Shown piece after piece: positions 29,385 to 34,666 of a stretch of DNA of 34,666 bases. The position numbers and the translations under genes are program-made. Location: the IMG/VR virus record IMGVR_UViG_3300045996_000470, positions 1 to 34,666 of that record; one strand, 5' to 3'. This stretch comes from a virus. Its lineage: Duplodnaviria > Heunggongvirae > Uroviricota > Caudoviricetes. Under the pieces are notes generated by a model. It saw nothing but the letters and a program-made list of their open reading frames with translations. It ran no database searches and had not been told where the DNA came from. The first letter of the stretch is position 1; every line of letters begins with the position of its first letter.

Positions 29385-30505
29385 ATATAGACAAGAAGAA
29401 ATTTTTTGACCAATTCAGAGCTTTCTATAAAAGGAAAACCGGAAGGAAATCCCTCTCCGTTCCTGTAGTTGAAGGTGTGGACTTCTTGTTAGACGAGTTC
29501 TCCACAACGCCTGAATGGTCGGATGTGCGGCATGTGGCGTACGCCCTTGCTACCATACACCATGAAACGGCAGCAACTTATCAGCCCATAAAAGAATACA
29601 GAGCAAAAGCAGGAAGTAGAGGCAGAAAGAACCAAGATAGATACTGGCTTTCTGGATACTACGGGCGTGGCTACGTACAGCTTACTTGGCTTAGGAATTA
29701 TCAGAAGGCAATGCAGAAGCTTGGAGTGAATCTTGTGGCTAACCCTGCGTTAGCTCTGTCTCCTGATATAGCATTCCAGATTTTAACTGCCGGTATGTTT
29801 GAGGGATGGTTCACTAATCATAAACTCTCCGACCACATTAACGCAAGAAAGACCGATTACGTAAACGCAAGAAAGATTATTAACGGACTAGATAAAGCCT
29901 CCACTATTGCAGGCTATGCTAGAGATTTTGAGCAGATGCTTCGCATTGCTGTAGAGGACGATGTAGCTTTAGCTCCATTAGTAGGAGGAGAACCTATAAC
30001 TGGAGGCCCTGCGGAAGCTCCACAAGAGTTTGATGCCGAAGGCAATCCTATAGACAGTGCTGCACCAGAGAGTCCAGAAACTCCAGACGGAGCAACTCCG
30101 GGCACTCCCGCACCTGATGAAGCTGCCAAGAAGGATGAAGCTATCGTGGGTGGACGACCAGACGATGCTCCTAAAGAAGTTCCTTCTACCCAGCCAGCGG
30201 AAACAAGTGGATGGGGAACATGGGCTTCTAATATTAGAGCACAGTGGGCATCCTTAGGCATAGGAATTCCCGCTCTTTCAAGTCTAGCGTTCTTACAGAA
30301 TCCAGTATTTATTTATATTGCTGTAGGGCTTGTAATCACAGCAGTTATAGTTTCTGTTACAGTCTTCCTTACTTCTATGTACATAAAGTCTAAGGATAAA
30401 AGAATTAGAGAAGCACAGGCACATGAAATTAATATGGAACAGTTGCGACTAGCTGCTGACCCAACTAAATATAATGTTGTACTGACGGAGGTAAAGAAAT
30501 CATAA
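29381..30505 (+). CDS. Endolysin, GH19/lysozyme-like, with acidic linker and C-terminal transmembrane segment
   Basis: YALATIHHETA..YQPIKE...YYGRGYVQLTW..NY...ARKIING; ATGA overlap with GIY-YIG suggests start 29381. Confidence 0.85.
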   Translation: MNIDKKKFFDQFRAFYKRKTGRKSLSVPVVEGVDFLLDEFSTTPEWSDVRHVAYALATIHHETAATYQPIKEYRAKAGSRGRKNQDRYWLSGYYGRGYVQLTWLRNYQKAMQKLGVNLVANPALALSPDIAFQILTAGMFEGWFTNHKLSDHINARKTDYVNARKIINGLDKASTIAGYARDFEQMLRIAVEDDVALAPLVGGEPITGGPAEAPQEFDAEGNPIDSAAPESPETPDGATPGTPAPDEAAKKDEAIVGGRPDDAPKEVPSTQPAETSGWGTWASNIRAQWASLGIGIPALSSLAFLQNPVFIYIAVGLVITAVIVSVTVFLTSMYIKSKDKRIREAQAHEINMEQLRLAADPTKYNVVLTEVKKS

Positions 30506-30972
30506 TGAAGAAAGCATGGGGATGGTTTACAGGACTCGGGTTATTTGCAAAGATAGCCCTCATCGCGGGCATTATTATTGCTGCTGTTTTTATCTGGGAC
30601 TTTCTTACCGGAGGTTTGTCAGACGTTAAAGGCTACATAAACGATAAAGTTTACGAACAACGAATGAAAAAAGATGCAGATTGGCAGAAAGAAGTTGACC
30701 AATTAAGGCTAGAGAAACAGGAACTAGTCAAACAAGCTGTGGAAGCTAAAGCCAAAGAAGCCTTCTTCGAGGAAAGAGAGAAAGAATTAAGTGCGAAGAG
30801 CCAACAAGAGCTACAGAAATTGGAGGAAGCCCTAAAAGCACAAGATGCGGTGGAAGCAGAGACAGCCCAAGAAACTGATGCCTACACTAGATGCGAAAGA
30901 ACAAAGCAGAAGATGCTTCAGGAAAATATTAAATCAGCACAGGAGATAAATTGTGAAACATTTAAACAATAA
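30505..30972 (+). CDS. Inner-membrane spanin-like protein (N-terminal TM plus coiled coil)
   Basis: Hydrophobic N-terminal helix, long coiled coil, directly after the endolysin. Confidence 0.55.
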   Translation: MKKAWGWFTGLGLFAKIALIAGIIIAAVFIWDFLTGGLSDVKGYINDKVYEQRMKKDADWQKEVDQLRLEKQELVKQAVEAKAKEAFFEEREKELSAKSQQELQKLEEALKAQDAVEAETAQETDAYTRCERTKQKMLQENIKSAQEINCETFKQ

Positions 30973-31414
30973 ATTTGGAATGATGCTTTTAGCTTCTCTT
31001 CTATTTCTAGGGGTAGGAGCGGTAGGCACTAATGCACAGGTTAAGGACGACCCGTTCGTCAAAGCTTGCGAAGAAGCGGTGGACAAAGTTAAAAGATTGG
31101 ATATAGAGAACTCCAGCCTAAAGGCACAGCTAGATTTGGCGAATCAGAGGCTAGTTTTGAAAGATGAGCAGATTGCTAACAAAGAAGAGCAGGTGCAGTT
31201 TTATAAGAAAGCAAGTGAGAAGGGAGACCAGATTGATAGGACACATGAGTTGATGGTGCAAAATCTAAGACAACAGATTGCCGACGATAGACTCAGAATT
31301 AATGATTTGGAAAACGAAAACGACAGTTTGAGACGTTCCAGAACCATTAGGACTATTGCAGGATTTGGCATAGGATTCGGTTTAGGGTACTACGTTAAGA
31401 AGCAAAACTTCTAA
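30953..31414 (+). CDS. Secreted coiled-coil protein, possible outer spanin analogue
   Basis: Signal peptide without lipobox; C-terminal AGFGIGFGLGYY; overlaps the previous gene. Confidence 0.5.
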   Translation: MKHLNNKFGMMLLASLLFLGVGAVGTNAQVKDDPFVKACEEAVDKVKRLDIENSSLKAQLDLANQRLVLKDEQIANKEEQVQFYKKASEKGDQIDRTHELMVQNLRQQIADDRLRINDLENENDSLRRSRTIRTIAGFGIGFGLGYYVKKQNF

Positions 31415-31423
31415 TCAAAGATT

Positions 31424-31747
31424 ATGATACCACCAACACTACTGTTCATTTTAGAGACTCTCTCTTGGGGAGAGATTGCTGGAGGACTTGTGGGTCTCGG
31501 AGTGCTTCTCTGGGCCCTTAAATCCGGTATTCCCCAGAGCTTGTTTTCTACTACTAACAGCTTGTTAGAGAAGAGGACGACAGAAAGAGATGATGCTTTA
31601 AGAGAAAGAGACACAGCATTAAAAGAGGTGGAGCAGCTTGAAGAAGAAATCAAAACTATGAGAAGAGAAATAATTCAAAGGATTGATATCAGTGTTCAAG
31701 ACCAAGAAACAATAAGAAGATTAAGGGATAATCAGAAGGATATATAA
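31424..31747 (+). CDS. Holin-like membrane plus coiled-coil protein, 107 aa
   Basis: N-terminal hydrophobic segments then a coiled coil; lysis-module context. Confidence 0.5.
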   Translation: MIPPTLLFILETLSWGEIAGGLVGLGVLLWALKSGIPQSLFSTTNSLLEKRTTERDDALRERDTALKEVEQLEEEIKTMRREIIQRIDISVQDQETIRRLRDNQKDI

Positions 31748-32181
31748 TGAAGCACATACTATTTGTTGATGATTCAGCAGAAACAAGGGAACTCGTTCAA
31801 ATGATTTTTAAGTTGGCGGACGAGGATGGGGTAGTTATTGACTATGCCATGAATTCTAGGGAAGCTATTGACTTATTCAATATCAATGCCTACAATGCCT
31901 GCGTGTTAGATGTATCTTTACCTGATTTAACGGGGTATTATTTAGGTAAGCTTATTAGAGAATCCTGTCCTGACATGCCTATTGCTTTTCTTACCAACTA
32001 TGAAGGAGATTTAACTAAGGAAAATGCAGAAGATATAGAGGCAGTATTTTGGGCGAAAAGTGAGGTCTTTGAAAATCCTATACAACTTAAAGGATTAATT
32101 TCAGAGTTATCTTTAGAAAATGCGTGCGAAGCACACGAAAAAATAGAAATGCCTGAGATTATAAAAGAAATCAATGAGTAA
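31747..32181 (+). CDS. Single-domain response regulator (receiver domain)
   Basis: HILFVDDS...VLDVSLPDLTG...IAFLTNY...WAKS: acidic pocket, phosphoacceptor Asp, Thr and Lys all present. Confidence 0.9.
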   Translation: MKHILFVDDSAETRELVQMIFKLADEDGVVIDYAMNSREAIDLFNINAYNACVLDVSLPDLTGYYLGKLIRESCPDMPIAFLTNYEGDLTKENAEDIEAVFWAKSEVFENPIQLKGLISELSLENACEAHEKIEMPEIIKEINE

Positions 32182-32893
32182 ACGTACGGAATTAATGATA
32201 GCTACAGACCGGGCTAGGGTCTGTGAGCTTATGCTGCGAGGATATAGAAATAAATCCGAAATGGCTAGAATTATAAATCAAGGAAGGTCTGAAGAATTCC
32301 ATATAAGTCCTCAACAAATAACCAAAGATATTAAATTCATGGAAGAGGAACTTATAGAAAGGGGAGTCGAAGACCTTGCCTTGGCTAGAGAGCAGTCTAA
32401 AGAAGAACTTTACTATCTCCTCAGACTATATTACGAAGGGTTTGAGAGGTCTAGAATTAACAAGATTACTTTGGAATCTGCCCGCCAAATTGATACCCCC
32501 GAAGAATATGACCAAGTGATGGACAATGAGGAATTCGAGCAGGAAGAGTTATTGGAAGAAGGTCTTCATCCTTTTAATAGAAACGCTAAGGTCAAAGAAG
32601 AATTTAGGGGAGAAGGTAACCCAGCTTTTCTTAATGGAGCTAAGAGCGTATTAGATTCTATTCACAAGATGAAGCACGTTGATGGAACAACCAAGGTTTC
32701 TCTTACAGACCCAACAGGCACAGAGGAACATTTAGGTATTGCCGAGTATATGAAGCAGAGGATTGCAGAACTTTCTACTAGAGAAGCTCCCACAGATACA
32801 GACCAGTATCTTTTAGAGTCCGCTCCTGAGCAGAGAGGGGAATACGTCGATGCGGAAGTAATAAGGGAGGAAGAGAAAGAAGAAGATGAGTGA
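32174..32893 (+). CDS. Putative terminase small subunit, 239 aa
   Basis: N-terminal HTH-like region (LMLRGY.NKSEMARII...ISPQQITKDI); overlaps the TerL start. Confidence 0.6.
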   Translation: MSKRTELMIATDRARVCELMLRGYRNKSEMARIINQGRSEEFHISPQQITKDIKFMEEELIERGVEDLALAREQSKEELYYLLRLYYEGFERSRINKITLESARQIDTPEEYDQVMDNEEFEQEELLEEGLHPFNRNAKVKEEFRGEGNPAFLNGAKSVLDSIHKMKHVDGTTKVSLTDPTGTEEHLGIAEYMKQRIAELSTREAPTDTDQYLLESAPEQRGEYVDAEVIREEEKEEDE

Positions 32894-34340
32894 GTTACAA
32901 GAAAGTCTAGCTCAAAAATTCTCTAAACTTCCTATAGAAGAGCAGGAGAAGATTTGGAATAACATGACTCCTGCCCAGATGAACCAACTCAATTATGATT
33001 GGAACTGGTGGGGAAGACCCAAACAATTAAAGTGTTTTGAAGAAGATAACTGGTCAACATTCCTTTATCTTTGTGGTCGTGGATTTGGAAAGACTAGAAC
33101 GGGAACTGAATGGGTTAAGCATATAGCTGAAACTCGTCCGGGGTCATACATTGCAGTGGTTGGCCCTACTACACAATCTGTTAACCGTACACTGGTGGAA
33201 GGTCCAACCGGACTTACAACTATTTGTGACCCTAGTACTATTCACTACCAACGTACTAAAGCTCAAATTAGGTGGAAGAATGGTTCCGTTGCTATGCTTT
33301 ATTCTGCTGAAAAGCCTGACCGTTTGAGAGGTCCAAACCATCACTACGCGCTGGCTGACGAAATCGTAGCTTGGAAGAACCCTGAAACTTGGGACATGCT
33401 TAAGTTTACACTTCGTATTGGAGTGCGCCCCCAAACCCTTGTAACCACTACACCCAGACCAACGGACTTGGTACTGAAGATTATTGGTGGAGAGGACAAT
33501 GTAGGCAGAGTCAACTCTCACGACTATATAAGATTTAAAAAGACAATAATTGTAAGAGGAACAACTTTTGAGAATACTGCACTATCAGAAGACGCTTTAG
33601 CAGAGTATAAGGACATTTATTTTGATACTGTGATGGGTGACCAAGAGCTTTATGCTAAGTTGCTTGTTAACATTCAGGGAGCGTTATTCAAGAAGGAATG
33701 GATTAGGCATCATGGAGCCTATGCTGATTGGCAACAAACCGAAGAGCCAAGACCAGAACCAGTTTACGTTCAAACAGTGGTCGCAGTTGACCCCGCCGCT
33801 ACTGCTAAAACACACAGCGACCAAACAGCTATCTGTGTGGTGTCCAAAGGAGAGGACGGTAGGTACTATGTTCGCCATTGCGAAGGACATCAATTATCTC
33901 CAGATAAATGGGCGCAAGAAGTAGTTAAGGCTTATTACAAATACAATGCCAACAAGATTGTAGTGGAAGTGAATAACGGAGGAGATATGGTAGAGAATAC
34001 CATCAGACACGTAAAAAGTTATGTTCGTAATAAGAGAACTTATACAGTGGATGCGTATTCTATACCCGTTGAGAAAATTCACGCTAAGAAAGGAAAGTTT
34101 TTGCGAGCAGAAGAGGTTGCTCTTTTGTACGAACAGGGAAGGGTTACCCACATCCACTCTTTCACTGAGTTAGAATCTCAGATGATTGTGTTTAAAGGAG
34201 AACCCAACGGAGCAGATGACTTGGTAGACGCTATGGTTTATGGTATCAAAGAGCTAGCAGGAGTGCGCTTAGTTGAATCCACACGACCAATAGTTATAGG
34301 AGAAGGACTGGTCAGCGATAGGCTGTCTTTGTTATACTAA
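32886..34340 (+). CDS. terL: Terminase large subunit
   Basis: Walker A GRGFGKT, Walker B ALADE, TTTP motif, RNase H-like VAVDPA and DDLVDA. Confidence 0.95.
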   Translation: MSELQESLAQKFSKLPIEEQEKIWNNMTPAQMNQLNYDWNWWGRPKQLKCFEEDNWSTFLYLCGRGFGKTRTGTEWVKHIAETRPGSYIAVVGPTTQSVNRTLVEGPTGLTTICDPSTIHYQRTKAQIRWKNGSVAMLYSAEKPDRLRGPNHHYALADEIVAWKNPETWDMLKFTLRIGVRPQTLVTTTPRPTDLVLKIIGGEDNVGRVNSHDYIRFKKTIIVRGTTFENTALSEDALAEYKDIYFDTVMGDQELYAKLLVNIQGALFKKEWIRHHGAYADWQQTEEPRPEPVYVQTVVAVDPAATAKTHSDQTAICVVSKGEDGRYYVRHCEGHQLSPDKWAQEVVKAYYKYNANKIVVEVNNGGDMVENTIRHVKSYVRNKRTYTVDAYSIPVEKIHAKKGKFLRAEEVALLYEQGRVTHIHSFTELESQMIVFKGEPNGADDLVDAMVYGIKELAGVRLVESTRPIVIGEGLVSDRLSLLY

Positions 34341-34341
34341 T

Positions 34342-34666
34342 ATGGCAGAAGGACTTAGAGTGGGTAAGTTTTGGTTCAGTTCACTAGTTCCTAAAGAAGT
34401 GCTGGACACTTGCAAGGACACCTTGCTAAAATATGAATGTTTGATTCCTAATTGGTGTAATGAAGTTAGGGTTTATTGGGATGCAGAGGGAAATTCTCCG
34501 GATGATGGAGAAAACACAGCGACAGCTTATATCTCAACAAACTATGCCTACAGATTCGCTTCTCTTAATATCTGTCCTCCGTTTCTTTCAGAGGAAATTG
34601 AAGACAGGGAAACCAGATTAAAGCATGAACTTTGTCACATCGTCAGTTCTCCTTTGGTTTCTTATG
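34342..34666 (+). CDS. 5' part of a putative zinc metallopeptidase-like protein (truncated by the window edge)
   Basis: Own translation MAEGLRVGKFWFSS...IKHELCHIVSS; HExxH motif in frame. Confidence 0.55.
   Translation, partial: MAEGLRVGKFWFSSLVPKEVLDTCKDTLLKYECLIPNWCNEVRVYWDAEGNSPDDGENTATAYISTNYAYRFASLNICPPFLSEEIEDRETRLKHELCHIVSSPLVSY

Noticed and set aside
608-34157. Minus-strand and nested ORFs in the ORF track (for example 2548-3018, 6414-6791, 29914-30261, 33144-33521)
   Set aside because: Shadow frames of well-supported + strand genes, often of repeats; no SD or motifs
1-34666. Genome-wide TAG reassignment
   Set aside because: Long conserved genes (TerL, endolysin, fibres) have no internal TAG in code 11, and several ORFs plausibly end at TAG

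Overview
A 34.7-kb segment of a tailed dsDNA bacteriophage (Caudoviricetes-like) genome. Every credible gene is on the + strand and reads in the standard code. From left to right it contains: (1) a virion or tail-appendage module (1.3-7.5 kb) with two proteins built from a 13-aa QTGxARI repeat; (2) an accessory region with NADAR, exported proteins and a secreted subtilisin, interleaved with tRNA genes; (3) several free-standing endonucleases (HNH, EndoVII-like, GIY-YIG); (4) a 1324-aa tail fibre with chaperone-like and BppU-like partners; (5) 19 tRNA or tRNA-like genes plus a minihelix, many non-canonical (extra variable-arm hairpins, AGCGUUA T-loops, one D-armless gene, one CUA amber suppressor); (6) Mom-like and dNMP-kinase genes; (7) a lysis module, an orphan response regulator, and the small and large terminase subunits. 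The most notable signal is a pair of apparent ribosome-mediated transcription attenuators at 21577-21699 and 24197-24341. Each has a consensus promoter, a leaderless mini-ORF and mutually exclusive antiterminator/terminator hairpins. Their leader codons match the anticodons of the tRNA genes downstream, which suggests a phage circuit that senses tRNA shortage and switches on the matching tRNA operon. All folds and protein-family calls were made by eye, with no searches or folding software.
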